Shown one piece after another: positions 36,185-48,356 of a DNA stretch of 64,000 nt. The position numbers and the translations under genes were made by a program. The notes under the pieces are model-generated. The model saw only the letters and a list, made by a program, of their open reading frames with translations, had not been told where the DNA came from and did no database searches. Position 1 is the first letter of the stretch. Every line of letters starts with the position of its first letter. This DNA comes from Fimicolochytrium jonesii (taxonomy: Eukaryota): the NCBI RefSeq assembly GCF_025526975.1, contig NW_026515689.1:124001-188000 (forward strand). Direction: 5' to 3'.

Positions 36185-38645
36185 ATGGCAAAGAAAGGCT
36201 CAACGAAGCCTCGCCCCGCAGCCGTCGAGCAGCGACCCACCAAAAAAGCAAAAGTCGTCCAGGAAGAACCTGCCGAGGAACCCGAACATGACACCCCCGT
36301 CGACGAAGACGCCTTTGCAATGCAAGGCGCTACCGCTGACGACGTCGAGAGCGGTGAAGAGGAGTTCGACAGCGACGACGACGAGGAGGAAGCGGACGAG
36401 CAGGACGAAGAGGAGGACGAGGAGCCTGTGAAAGTCGGTTCCAAACGGTCTCGGTCTGACTCAGACGACGGCGAGACGAAGGAGAAGAAAGAGTCGAATA
36501 TCGTGGACCACTATAAGGGCGAGGGTGTTATCGAGCTTGATCGTGAGTTACCCAGTTCTCATAGTGAACGACCCACAATACAGTTCACGCGGTCCAACCT
36601 CTTTCAATCCCCCCACCAGGCTCAACATCCATAACAGCAGAAGTGAACAGGGACTTTTCCTCTCTAAAAGTAACCGAACAGACCGCAAAAGCGATCGCGG
36701 AAATGGGGTTCACGAAAATGACCGAGGTGCAGGCGAGGAGTATTCCGGCGTCGTTGACAGGGAGGGATATTTTGGGTGCGGCCAAGACGGGGAGTGGGAA
36801 GACGCTTGCGTTTTTGATTCCGGCTATTGAGATGTTGGTTAGATTGAAGTTCAAGCCTAGGAATGGTGAGTACCCGAGCGGAGCGAGAGTGACCGACCAA
36901 CCGAAGGAGCCCGAGCGATAGCGTGCGCGACCATCGCAAACGCCTCCACCCGCGACAGCGAGTTCTGCGCCGCAGGCGCAATCCTAGGCGACCGTAGCGA
37001 GCCCCTGTCTGTGAAAGAAAGCGAACAATCGTTCTTTCAAGGCGAGCGAAGTGAGCCCCTGTCTTCAGCTGTGAGCGATAACGAACAATCGTTTTTATTG
37101 CACATCGCCGACCAACATCCTCGTCACGAGCGGAGCGAGCAATTGACCGTCCATCATCTATACCCACCACTTTCACAAAGCGATGTACTCATCCAGCCCA
37201 TCTATTCTATTTCCATAGGCACAGGAATCGTCGTCATCTCACCCACGCGCGAGCTCGCCCTACAAATCTTCGGCGTCGCAAAAGAGCTCATGAAGCACCA
37301 CCACCAGACCTACGGGATCGTGATGGGCGGTGCGAACCGCAAAGCCGAGGCGGACAAGCTGGGCAAGGGTGTCAATTTGTTGATTGCGACCCCCGGACGG
37401 TTGTTGGACCATTTGCAGAACACCAAGGGGTTTGTGGTCAAGAACTTGAAGTGTTTGGTTATTGATGAGGCGGATCGGATCTTGGAGGTTGGGTTTGAGG
37501 AGGAGATGCATCAGATTGTCAAACTGCTTCCCAACGGTACGTGTTATGCAGCTCCAGACCCGCTTTGCAAATGACGCTCACGTTTGTTTCTTTCTCCCTC
37601 TTCTTTCCTGCAGAACGCCAAACTATGCTCTTCTCCGCCACCCAAACCACAAAAGTCGAAGACCTCGCCCGCGTCTCCCTCAAAAAAGCGCCGCTCTACA
37701 TTAATGTCGACGAACACAAAGACATGGCAACCGCCGAAGGCCTCGAGCAAGGCTACGTCGTCTGCCCCTCCGAAAACCGGTTCCTCCTTCTCTTTACCTT
37801 CCTCAAGAAAAACCTCAAAAAGAAGAAAATCATCGTCTTCTTCTCGTCTTGCAACAGCGTCAAGTACCATGCGGAATTGTTGAATTATATCGATATACCG
37901 GTGTTGGATTTGCATGGCAAACAGAAGCAGCAGAAACGGACGAATACGTTCTTTGAATTTGTCAATGCTGAGAGTGGGATATTACTTTGTACCGATGTCG
38001 CCGCACGTGGGTTGGATATCCCCGCTGTCGACTGGATCATCCAGTTCGACCCGCCAGATGATCCCAGGGTACGTGGCTTTCCCCCCTCCCCTCCCCTCGC
38101 TCCGGGGACTCTATAACTCACACCTCCTACCTACCTTCCAGGAATACATCCACCGAGTAGGCCGAACCGCCCGCGCCTCCGCCAAAGGCCGCGCCCTCCT
38201 CTTCCTCCTCCCCCAAGAACTCGGCTTCCTCCGTTTCCTCAAACACGCACGCGTCCCCCTCAACGAGTACCAATTCCCCCCTACGAAAATCGCCAATGTC
38301 CAATCACAGCTCGAGAAACTGGTCGACAAGAATTACTACCTGAACCGCAGCGCCAAGGATGGGTATCGGTCGTACCTCCAAGCCTACGCATCCCACTCGC
38401 TCAAGAAGATATTCGATGTCGCGGAATTGGATCTACAGAAAGTCGCACGGGCCTACGGGTTTACCGTACCACCGTCTGTGAATCTGGTGGTCGGCGCGAG
38501 TGGGAAGACGGATCGGAAGGCGAGGAGACAGGGGGGTGGACAGGCGGGGTACCAGGGGAAAGGTGCGGGGAAGGAGTTTTTCAAGAAGAGGGAGCAGGGG
38601 GCGCCGGTTGGCGAGAGGAGGGATGGGAGGCAGTGGACTCGGTAG
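36185..38645 (+). CDS. HAS1: DEAD-box RNA helicase HAS1/DDX18; multi-exon
   Basis: [81 protein letters not shown]. Confidence 0.96.
36866..37218 (+). repeat. Enlarged HAS1 intron (353 nt) with CGAGCGGAGCGAG motifs and an internal ~54-bp tandem duplication
   Basis: CGAGCGGAGCGAG 36875-36887 and 37127-37140. GAGCCCCTGTCT...CGAACAATCGTT occurs twice (~36999-37095). Confidence 0.72.
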
Positions 38646-38655
38646 AGGGGCGAGT

Positions 38656-38780
38656 AGGGTAGGGTAGGCTTTAGGGTAGGGTTTAGGGTAAGGGTGAATT
38701 CAGAAGGAGACCCGCACACACACACACACACACACACACAACGAGATATGCAACCCATCTCACACGCACACACACACACG
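38656..38780. repeat. Degenerate telomere-like TAGGG/TTTAGGG run followed by (CA)n microsatellites downstream of HAS1
   Basis: TAGGGTAGGGTAGGCTTTAGGGTAGGGTTTAGGGTAAGGG, then (CA)~12 at ~38715-38738. Confidence 0.7.
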
Positions 38781-39219
38781 TTTATCATTATCACAAGCTC
38801 ATTTTGTCTAACGAAATTGTAGATCGTATTTAAGACTCTTTCTTTTCCTTTCGCATGAGTGCTCAATGAGAATGGTGCGAGGAAACATGTGAACAATATG
38901 CGGGTATACGACGTGCGGAAGAATAGGTACAGGAGACGAGGGTTCCCAGAGTGGAGGATCATATAAGGATATAGTTTGATCAGTGCGTGCGAATATCGGC
39001 TCTCATAATGATATAAGGGAAATAGGGTCCTTACCGCCATGGATTAGATGGATTGTTGCCAAGCGTGAAATTGTCGGCGACGCAAAAGACGCAAATCGGA
39101 CACTTCCCCGATCACAACTCCCGCTCCCATCTGGATTTCGCACAAGTATCCCAGGAGTGTTCAACCACCCGTCTCTAATGCAACAGAAGTATCCACTCAG
39201 CAGGAAGCCTTAGTTCATC

Positions 39220-41268
39220 ATGTACGGCTCCTCGCCCCACCCATTTCAAATCAATCAGCCCGCATATGCCTACGGCGCCAATGCGACCCCCGGATCGTTA
39301 AACCCCCAGCGCCAGACTTTCCCACAGCAGCAACTGCAGGCCCAACAGCAGCAGCAACAAAACCTGCAGCAATCCATATACCAACGGCAATCACAGTTCC
39401 CTCAACAGAATCTGGGTGGGGCCGGGTACTTCAATAGCCCTGCCCTAGGCGCTCAGAATGCGCCCTCGCCAGCGTACCACACGCCGTATGAGTCTTTGTC
39501 CCCAAGGCAATCAACCTACCTCGGCGCCATCCCGCCGTACCGCCCGGACAACGGAATCCCAGCGCAGTCCCCGTACCAGCAACAACAACAACAACAGCAG
39601 CAAAACGGTACACGTCCAACCAGTGCGCAGGGGTTCACGCCCGGATCGCCGACACAGAGACACGCGAGTATGTTTATGAACGGGCTCCAGAACGGGGGTG
39701 GTGGTGGTAACAGCGGCGGTAGTGGGGGTGGAGGAGCATCAGCCGCCACGTCTCCTCAGAAGGAGGGGCAGCCAACAGAAGACCAGTTCGTGCCCTCGTT
39801 CTTAACCGATGCGTTACTGGGCGGCCGCCGGAACGCCGGCCGCTCGTCACCGAAACAGAGCCCGGGGGCGATACCGCATTCTCCGACGTCGCCGCATTCG
39901 CCGTCCGCGCGAAGGAGGAGGTCTACGTCGTCGATGAATTCTTCGGGGTCGGGCGTGAAACGGGGCTCGTCGCTGTATGGGGATGAGTATAGTGGGTATG
40001 GGTCTAGCCCGTCGTCCGTGCGGTCGCATCGGAACGGTGGGTCAGTGGACGATGATCTGCCGCCGGTCATGTCGCTGTTTGCTGATGGGGACCATTTTGA
40101 ACTTGGCCCGGGGGATTTTGGGAGTTATGGGTACGGTGCGGGTGGAGGGGATGGGTATGGGAGTTATGGGGCGGAGTCAGCGGGTCGATCGCCTTCACAC
40201 AGACGGACGTCTGTCACGTCTGTGAATTCGGAGACGGGCAGTGTAGGTACAGCGGCTGGAGGACGATCTCCCTTGCGTCATTCCCCAGCCTCAGTCAACA
40301 CCGCCAACGGCAGCACAACCACGGCAAGCAGCGCACCCGAAACGCCCTCCCCTTCCCCACCCAACCTAACAGTAACCATCTCCGGCCCCGACGAAACCGC
40401 CCGCGACCGCCTCATCGACGACATCAGCAAAAAAGCCAAAATCACTTACCAGAAAAAGGGCAAGAACTGGGTCGTGCTCCGGTTTGCGGAACTCCAGTCT
40501 GTCCGCGAGGCCCTGATACTCGACGGACGGCTGTGGCAGGGGTACTTGCTCACCGTCAAGAGCGGGGACACGACCTTGGCGCCTGCTGCCCATGTCGCGA
40601 CGCCCTCCGCGCCCTCGACGCCGACGAGGGCGCCTATCTCGCCGATCGATATACCGCGCCGAGGCCGGCAGCTGTCGGGTCTGGGCCTGACGTCCTCGCC
40701 TAGCCCGAGCGGTCGGTCGAGCGAGACGGGCGGGTATTTCCCGGCGAACGGGGCTGGTAAAAATTCGGAGGAGTCGAGAACAGCGGAAGGAGGAAAGGCG
40801 GAAACGAAACCCACCAACCCGGCGTCTAACCCGTTCGCTCCTCCATCGTCGTCGTCAGCCAAACCAACCAATGGCGAGGCGTCTGCGTCATCATCGTCTG
40901 CCACCGCGCACCGTAACGGCGAGAATAAGAACACCACCAAAAATGAGAAAAACGCCCCGTCACCGCCCGCAACCAACAAACGTCCCCGCACCGACCCCGA
41001 CGACGACGACGACGCGGGTAGCGGGACACTTTTCCCTCCCACCCACGCGCGGCGCACAGATACGGCGGATCTTGGAACGATGAAGGGTGCAAAGACGTTG
41101 TGGACCAAGAGCGGGGGTGCGAAGAAGGCGAGGCGTGCGGGTGGTGGTGACGGGAGGGGTGGCAAGGGAAAGGGGGCCCAGAGCGATAGCGAGGAGGAGG
41201 ATGAGGTTAGAGTGGGTAGGGGTGGAGGGGTGCTTGCAAGGGTTGGGGAGTGGATATTTGGGTGGTGA
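39220..41268 (+). CDS. NUP53: Nucleoporin Nup53/Nup35-like (RRM plus C-terminal amphipathic helix)
   Basis: Disordered S/P/Q-rich body, LPPVMSLF motif, RRM GKNWVVLRF...EALILDGRLW, and C-terminus VLARVGEWIFGW typical of Nup53/Nup35. Confidence 0.78.
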   Translation: MYGSSPHPFQINQPAYAYGANATPGSLNPQRQTFPQQQLQAQQQQQQNLQQSIYQRQSQFPQQNLGGAGYFNSPALGAQNAPSPAYHTPYESLSPRQSTYLGAIPPYRPDNGIPAQSPYQQQQQQQQQNGTRPTSAQGFTPGSPTQRHASMFMNGLQNGGGGGNSGGSGGGGASAATSPQKEGQPTEDQFVPSFLTDALLGGRRNAGRSSPKQSPGAIPHSPTSPHSPSARRRRSTSSMNSSGSGVKRGSSLYGDEYSGYGSSPSSVRSHRNGGSVDDDLPPVMSLFADGDHFELGPGDFGSYGYGAGGGDGYGSYGAESAGRSPSHRRTSVTSVNSETGSVGTAAGGRSPLRHSPASVNTANGSTTTASSAPETPSPSPPNLTVTISGPDETARDRLIDDISKKAKITYQKKGKNWVVLRFAELQSVREALILDGRLWQGYLLTVKSGDTTLAPAAHVATPSAPSTPTRAPISPIDIPRRGRQLSGLGLTSSPSPSGRSSETGGYFPANGAGKNSEESRTAEGGKAETKPTNPASNPFAPPSSSSAKPTNGEASASSSSATAHRNGENKNTTKNEKNAPSPPATNKRPRTDPDDDDDAGSGTLFPPTHARRTDTADLGTMKGAKTLWTKSGGAKKARRAGGGDGRGGKGKGAQSDSEEEDEVRVGRGGGVLARVGEWIFGW

Positions 41269-41714
41269 TGATGAAGCGGCTGGGAAGTGGCTCGGGATGG
41301 GGGTTGGAGAGAAGGGACCGCTCTCATTCGGCAGCGGTTTTGGAGGCGGCTGGTGGCGGATCGAGAACGGTGGAGGTTCACGGAGGATTGCACAATCGTC
41401 AAGCCCGGGATATGGAGGGTCGCTCTGAATCGTTACGTGGAGGGAAAATGCTCTTCTCTCTTTATTTAAAATATTACTGGAAATGCTCACATTTACATCG
41501 CGCAAGGGATATCACAAACGGTGGAGGAATATATCTACGTGTCGTATCGTCCCCACATGCATTCTTTATCCTCCCGCCCAGAGAGACAATGACGGTACAA
41601 AAAGTTTACGCAAGCGGAGGCCCGAACCTCTCTCGCCTCTACTAATCACTGACGCTGACACTGACGCTGGCTGCTACGTGGACTGAATGAAGTGAATGAA
41701 GTAGGTGTGGTGTA

Positions 41715-43334
41715 TCAGAAGAAGAGATCGTCTAGGATGTCGTCGATGTTTTTGCGGGGTTGTGAGAGTGAGGATGATGATGATGGGAATGTGGGTGTAG
41801 AGACGGATGGCGCAATCGCCGTGGCTGTGAGGGGTGGTGTCGAAGCTGCCGGGCGGATAGTCGTTGCAGGTATTGGAGGTTGTGGTGCGCGATGGATGTG
41901 CGCCGTACTCGTCCTCGAGGCCCCGAATTGCGTCGTCGGTGCCGGCGGCTGTAATTCCCCCGCTCCTAACCGCCCACTCGTCCCGGCCCGTATCCCCACC
42001 GGTGCCGCCCCCTTAGCCCCTCCCCGACCATCATCTTCATCTTCATCTTCATCCTCCGTCCCGCTCTCGTCATCCCCCAAAAGCATCGATCGCTGCGTCT
42101 GCGTCCGTGGTTGGCTTTCACTATAGCTTTGACTATAGCTTTGGGTGGCGTGAGTAGGTCGTTGTGCTTGTGATTGTGAGCCTGATAAGGATACGGATGC
42201 GATGGGTTGGTGGGACGCTGTGCGGGGACGAGGATGGGAATGCGGAGGTGGTAGGGCTTCGTCGTCGGTGGTTGCGTCGGAGTCGGACGACGGTTGGATT
42301 GGAAGAACGGGAGTTAAGCGAGATTGGGAAGACGTCCTGGTATACGCGGAAACAGCAGGTCGAGTATCGACATCATTGCCCGTCTCCGATATAGAGGCAT
42401 CCACAACCTTCCCCACCCCCTCATTAAACCCGCGCAAACCACCCCAAAACTCCGCATCCATACCCAACCTCACATCCCCCTCATCCTCCTCCACCACGCG
42501 TCCCCTCCCTCCTCCTCGCCGGGGCTTCACCCTCGCCCGTCGCCTCCCCCTCTGTGGCTGGTCTCTCTCGCCATCACTTGGATGAGGTTGAGACTCGGCT
42601 AAAGCGGCAGCGGCAGCCGCAGCCTCCTCGATGAAAGGCTGGAGGTACTTCCGAGCGGCTTCGAGGCATTCGTCGTCAGTTTGGTGGTACAGTATGGGGA
42701 GCGCCGGGCGCGGTTGTTGTTGTGCAGCGAGACCAGGTGGAGGGGCGGGGTCATCGAAGTGGAGGATGTGTTCCCAGAAGTTTGGGTCGGGTGCGGGTTT
42801 GAGTTCGGTTTTCACTTCCGGTTTGACCCATGCGTCTAATGACCGCTGCCCATTCTTTATGAGCTCGTGCTTGATGAAGAATTCTTCGTGCTTTATATCC
42901 ACGTCCATAGGGTCCAACCCCGACTCTGCTTTGACTCTCGGAATCTCATCAGGCTCGTGGAAAACGGATGCCTCCGCTGGCTCAGCTTTGACTTTCTTGG
43001 CACCCTCCAATGTAGAGAGTGACCAGGGGAGTTTCCGTTTGGAGCGTTTGCCTGGCGTGGGTGGGGCTGCCGTGGTGGTGTCGGTGGGGGGTTTGCGAGA
43101 GAGGGTTTCGGTATCGGTTTCGGTTGCCGTGCGCTGTATGCATACGGTACGAGTCATGCCGTTCACAGGCAGTTCAATCTGTCGCACCTCCTTGCATGTC
43201 ATTGCAACACAGATGGCGACGCTATTGGGCGACGGATTGTTTGCCGTGTCAACTTCCCGCAAATAAATTGGGACGCAAGGTTCCTCCACACCACAATCGT
43301 CAACAATTCTTTGCCGCAGAATAACCCCGCCCAA
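41715..43334 (-). CDS. Hypothetical low-complexity nuclear protein (large 3' exon; 5' end unresolved)
   Basis: 539-codon ORF with a basic NLS-like segment, clustered psi-KxE motifs, acidic runs, ending NIDDILDDLFF. Confidence 0.55.
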   Translation of the reverse strand: MGGVILRQRIVDDCGVEEPCVPIYLREVDTANNPSPNSVAICVAMTCKEVRQIELPVNGMTRTVCIQRTATETDTETLSRKPPTDTTTAAPPTPGKRSKRKLPWSLSTLEGAKKVKAEPAEASVFHEPDEIPRVKAESGLDPMDVDIKHEEFFIKHELIKNGQRSLDAWVKPEVKTELKPAPDPNFWEHILHFDDPAPPPGLAAQQQPRPALPILYHQTDDECLEAARKYLQPFIEEAAAAAAALAESQPHPSDGERDQPQRGRRRARVKPRRGGGRGRVVEEDEGDVRLGMDAEFWGGLRGFNEGVGKVVDASISETGNDVDTRPAVSAYTRTSSQSRLTPVLPIQPSSDSDATTDDEALPPPHSHPRPRTASHQPIASVSLSGSQSQAQRPTHATQSYSQSYSESQPRTQTQRSMLLGDDESGTEDEDEDEDDGRGGAKGAAPVGIRAGTSGRLGAGELQPPAPTTQFGASRTSTAHIHRAPQPPIPATTIRPAASTPPLTATAIAPSVSTPTFPSSSSSLSQPRKNIDDILDDLFF

Positions 43335-45546
43335 TGCAACTCGTTTGTTTCATCGTTTTGGGTGATGGTGAGGTGACTAAGTTTGGGCTGCGCTGAGCCC
43401 AAGAAGTTGTTTGTCGATGGTTGATGAACCGATGATCCCCTCGATTGTCATCGTGGAGAGATTCTCGAAGTTGGGAAAGCACCGGGAGTCCCGCCCTCCA
43501 GGCCCTCCTTGGACGCTTGGAACAATGTGACAGCAACCCGTCATTTTCGACATTTTACCGCACAAGGGCAAACGCTTTCAACATCCAACTCCGCCTCGAC
43601 AAGCTTGAACTTCTTGTCTGTCTTGCGCCGAGAACAAAACCCGCCAGCGCTGTTCCTCGTCTCTTTCTCTCCCCAAACCGCTCTACGAGGAATCTGTGCT
43701 CGTCCTCTTCCGGGTTGTCATTGGCTGTCGGCTCTAGCGGACAACGCCGAGCACATCGGCAGTCAGTGCAATTTTCAGGTAACGTCGGTGGAGGGAAGTC
43801 GGCATGTGATCGTGCTCGGGCTATACCAAGCTGCCAAAGCTGGTGGTCTCCGCCGCATGTATGTGGGGCATTTAGGTGTCTCTGCTTTCCCTTATGACCA
43901 TGCGCCTTTGGGATTTCTTTTGGTTGTTAGGATTGGATGCTACACACATCTTCCGCATTCTTCATTGGCGTGCACATTTGTTAAGAATGGCGCCCTTCCG
44001 CTCGCCTTTCCTCGGAAAGGTCCGGTTGTGGACCCGGGGTCTTTGAAAAGATCCTTCTGGAAATACTTTTGCGTTCCGCAGATGTTGCAAAGATAATATT
44101 GAATATATATGCTCTTGAAAACGGTATACATTCCGTTCCTCTCAAATGTCAATGGGACTGTTCTGAGACAGCGGTGGAAACTCGCTGCTAGCGGTTTGCA
44201 CGATGATGAATATTCAAAGCTTATATCCGGCAATGACTTCTTGCGTTTCGATGCATCCGCAGAAGCCGATGCATCCAAATGAGGTTGTGGATTGTCCTTG
44301 TGATGTTCCAAATCGCACTTGCAAGAGACGGTATCCACGTCCTCCATACGAATGTCTCAGGAGACGGAGTAATGGATAAAGCTCCTGGCGCCTACAGGGA
44401 TGATGGAGCCAAATCACTCCAGGTGGATTGCAGTCGGCTTGCCGTCTGCGCTCGCGCATTTCTGCTCTCGACGCCGCCAAAGGAGAAATATGACCATACT
44501 ACCCGTTCACAATGCCACTACCAATTTTGGGTCGGGGCTGGAGGTACCTGGACGGAGGGATGATCTCTTGTGGAAGGGACGATATCTCTTCACGATCGTC
44601 CGCACTCCGCTTCATGACCGTAGCCTTGGCGTACTACCCGGCACAGGATGGGAGATTTCTCTTCGGAGCGGCGACATATCATTTGGACAGCTTGTGACTC
44701 GCAAATATTATACGCTTCCTTTCATGCGCACGATCGCGCATCTCAAACGTGCTAGTGTGCAAACCGTCATGCGGCAGAAACAGTGTCCACCAGGAGCTGC
44801 AAATCCCTCTTCCTGAGCTTGGATTCACTCTGAATAAGCGCTCGTGGAAGACTAGTACCCCGCAACATGGTCTCGCCGCACCCGTCAGCAACGCCATCGA
44901 GTGCATATGCAGCATCAAGATTAGATTTTAGGTCAAAAGGAGGAGGTGCTGAATCCACCCGTCTTGACGCTCTTGACGCGTCCCCATCCGACGCGTCTTC
45001 CAGTAGAAAGGACAAACACCTTTCGGCATTCGCATTTTTCGCATGACAGACGGCGATGCACATGGGGCGCCCAAGTCAGTACAGAGAACTATCCACAGTG
45101 TGGGTATACATTGCCCCATGTGTGACATGTATGCGAACCATAACCTGTGCCAAGATTCCTCTGCTTTGGCCGCGTTGTAGGACGTGGCGTTCGCATTGTC
45201 AAGGATCCAAATGGAGGCATCAACGGGTGAGGATACAGACGCAATCAAAGGACGATAGCAAGTCATGAGAGATGAAGCTATTGAAGATGGGGAGACTATG
45301 AAACGTGGATGTGGAGTTGGGAGTGGGAGAAGGAGGAGCAACGCCCAAGTCCGCCGGGCGAGGAACAACAATCAACACGTCCCAACGCGCAAGAAGCGCA
45401 CCTTCACATGCGTCCGCCGTCCAGCCGCAAACTTCACACTAAACAGAGCGCCCATCTTGCAACCACCCCCCGAAGCCCTCCCTCATCCTCTTGCCATCCC
45501 CCTCACTCCCCACTGTTACTCGCTTCCCTAATTCCCTCCAACAAAC

Positions 45547-47291
45547 ATGCCCTGGTTGAAAGCACTCGCGGGGAACGACTTTGACTCCCTCAATGAGGTC
45601 GCCCAGGTCAACAGATACCCGGTCGTCATCAACAACGACCTCTTTGTAAGTTCAGAACTCCCAGAACACTCCCAGGAGGTGTGACCTTCCCCTTTCCCAC
45701 TTCCACAACAACTCACTCCCACTCCTGTATTCCTTCAGGAAGGACTCCTCATCATCCGCATAAACAACTTTGACGAGTCTAAACTCCCTGAACCGCCTGC
45801 AACGCTGCCCTCGGAGACTTTCCTTGACGCCGCTAGTTATTTTGGAACAAGATCGAGGCAGTTTAGTTTTCAGGTTGAAGGGAGGTTCAAGAATAGCGTC
45901 AACGGGGATGACCTTTATTGGGATATCTCGTTTCCGTATCCTTTGACGGGGTTGCCTTTTTTTACTCCCATGGTCGTGAAATTCCTGCAGGTATGCGTGT
46001 GCGAGCAAAGTTAGGAGAATGCTTGAGGTTCGAGCGCTAGCGAGGAAAGAATGCCCGAGTTTCGGGAGCGAAGCGAGTGTTGTACTGCAACGAGCGAAGC
46101 GAGGTGCAGGGTTGGTTCGGTCTGGGAGACCGACAGGTCGATCAGAGTGAACGCGTTCTGGTTTGCAATGGGAGCACGAGCAATAGCGAGCGGAGCGAGC
46201 TCACATTGCGCCAAAGGCCCAATGCATTCCTAACCACGGCTCTTAGCGAGCCTCCGCCTCTTCGCAAATCGATGGTGGTGCCTCGATCTCGATGGGCGTT
46301 CGTTGATGGCGATTCATGCGCGGTCGACCCCACTTTCGAGTCTCACCAGGATTTTTCTTCTTGTCTTTAGTACCTGGACCCAGCGACGGAGATTGATTTC
46401 TATGCAAAGGAGCAATATGTGCGGTCATCAGTGTTGACCATGATGAATGCGATTTCAGCATGGAAACCGTTGAACCTGGACAAGGACGACCAGGATGCGA
46501 TCGCGGAACCTATCGTGGCGCCGCCCCACTCACCCAAACCGTTGTCCAAAACGGCCGGTCCTGTAACCTCCTCGTCCTCTTCGTTGAAAGGAAAAGCGAA
46601 ATCCGTGACAAAACTGACATCCAAACTGTCGATGCACTTCAAACAAAAGTCATCCGACAGTTCCAAAAGCGACAAAAGCAGCAAAGGTAGCGCCGATCTG
46701 AACCCCACCTCCCCCAAACAAGCCGACTCGGACGACGAAAACTTCGACACCCAATCCGTCGACTCGCTCAACAGCATCCCCGAACCCCCGGCCACAGTCA
46801 CCCGCAACGGCTCCACCGAGCGCGTGCTGCAGCCTGATACCCTCCGCTCCGGCGTCCACGAAGACCTCGCGCTCATCATCTCCTCCCTCCGGCGCGCATC
46901 CCACGCCGCTGCCCTCACCCCCACATCCCCAACAGCGTCGACCGGATCCCTCCCCGCCGACGCCCCGCCGACGTCCCCAACCTCCCCCACCGGCAGCGCA
47001 ACCAGCCTAAACCCAGCCGAACCCCCCCGCAGCGACGTCAACAAACGGCGCAAATTCTACCTCTCAAAAGAGAACCGCGAGCGCGTGACGTTCTCGCCCG
47101 AGTACGTGTACGCGTTTGAGAGCTTCAACCCGCATATGTGCTGGACGGATTTCACGGCCAAGATTCCCGGGTTCAATATTGATGTCAAGAAGTACTTTCC
47201 GATTAAGAGGATGGTGAGGGTGCGGATGTGCTCGAAGGATGGAAAGAAGACGTATTTGGCGATGCATTTTGAGCTGGTTGATGAGGAGTAG
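45547..47291 (+). CDS. DUF1769-family protein; 3 exons
   Basis: LKALAGNDFD, IIRINNF, SYFG...FSFQVEGRFK...GDDLYW, YLDP...DFYAKEQYVRS, KRRKFY, YAFESFNPHMCW. Introns ~45646-45738 and 45991-46370. Confidence 0.8.
45991..46370 (+). repeat. Enlarged intron (380 nt) with the GAGAATGCTTGAGG / GAGCGAAGCGAG array
   Basis: AGGAGAATGCTTGAGGTTCGAGCGCTAGCGAG 46013-46044; GAGCGAAGCGAG 46066 and 46092; GCGAGCGGAGCGAGC 46186-46200. Confidence 0.78.
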
Positions 47292-47841
47292 ATGGATGGA
47301 AGGGGGAGGTGTCTGAATGACGAGATACTTATGGGCCGGACTATGGGGAGGACATATGAGCGGGCTGAGGATATCATGACTTGACGGCCCGGCAACTGTA
47401 ACTTTGTTTAACATGCCCTCTCGTTTTTGGACCTTTTCACTGTTTACTTTACACCCGTTTTCCGCGTGCATCTTTTTCCTGTAAGTAATGGTTCATCCAA
47501 ACACTATGAGATCTTTCTCTACGATTGATCGATGCGTCTGTTTCTGTGGGGTGTGGGTGTGGTGGGGACAAGTGCATGACTTTCCACGGCGGAGTTCAAA
47601 TCGCACAGCCAAAACCTGCCCTCTCCACCACGTTTCCCATCAGCCATCCGCCACCCTAGCGTCGGACCCCTTGACTAAGTTAGCTCAAGACTTTTCGTTC
47701 CCTTTCTGAGAACAAGATGAAGAGTAGACTCTTTGTGAATATTGCAGTCGGAGATTGTATGATCCGACCCTAAGTTGCTTGAGACCATGCTTCGCCAACG
47801 TGAACACCAAGATTGCCGGGGTGCGACATAGAGTTAATAAA

Positions 47842-47933
47842 TCTCGATCTCACACGGAAGGCGACGTCACTTATCGGTTACAAAATGGCATCACTAACCG
47901 ATAAGTGACGTCGCTTTCCGTGTGATATCGAGA
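47842..47933. repeat. 39-bp inverted repeat (2 mismatches) with 14-nt spacer
   Basis: TCTCGATCTCACACGGAAGGCGACGTCACTTATCGGTTA-CAAAATGGCATCAC-TAACCGATAAGTGACGTCGCTTTCCGTGTGATATCGAGA. Confidence 0.93.
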
Positions 47934-48356
47934 GAAGAATTGAGTTTCTGCCATTCTGATACACTTCGCAAGGGACTCGAATACCAATTGTAAATCGGCT
48001 AACACGCTTGCGTCCTCCGTCTGAAGGCAAAATGCGATTGCCTTATCCCAATCAGCGGCTGCAGGAGATTGAGGTCTGGCGCCTGTAAACCATTCGTGCA
48101 CTCGGTCCAGCCCATTCTTGACTTGGAACAACGACAGTGCTTGCAATGCCGGAGAAGCGAGGCTGACGAGTACGCTGATCAGGGCAAATGGTCCATCATC
48201 CAGAGATGCCAGTGAACGGACTTGAGCCACATTGACGTCCATTAACCTCTGTACATCGAGCGGACCTTTCAGAGGTATGACGTTCGGGAGCACGTCGATT
48301 CTATCCTGCTCAAGCATCAGAACCCGCCATGACGCAGGACTACGATATTTTAGCAT
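47871..48356 (-). pseudogene. Truncated gene fragment ending inside the fold-back repeat
   Basis: Protein-like helical ORF ending ...YHTESDVTYRLVMPFCNR*. The stop lies in the duplicated arm. Confidence 0.4.

Noticed and set aside
38656..38696. Telomere or chromosome-fusion site (also CCCTAA words at ~1500 and ~33760)
   Set aside because: Only a few degenerate units inside gene-dense sequence; consistent with G-rich 3' ends.
40446..41402. Long antisense ORF (318 aa), and similar ones at 8163-8852, 23872-24669 and 59634-60590
   Set aside because: Shadows of real genes on the opposite strand in GC-rich DNA; no recognisable motifs.
43340..44480. Upstream exons of the 41.7-kb gene or a separate gene
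   Set aside because: Could not assemble a consistent splice path or recognise a domain by eye.
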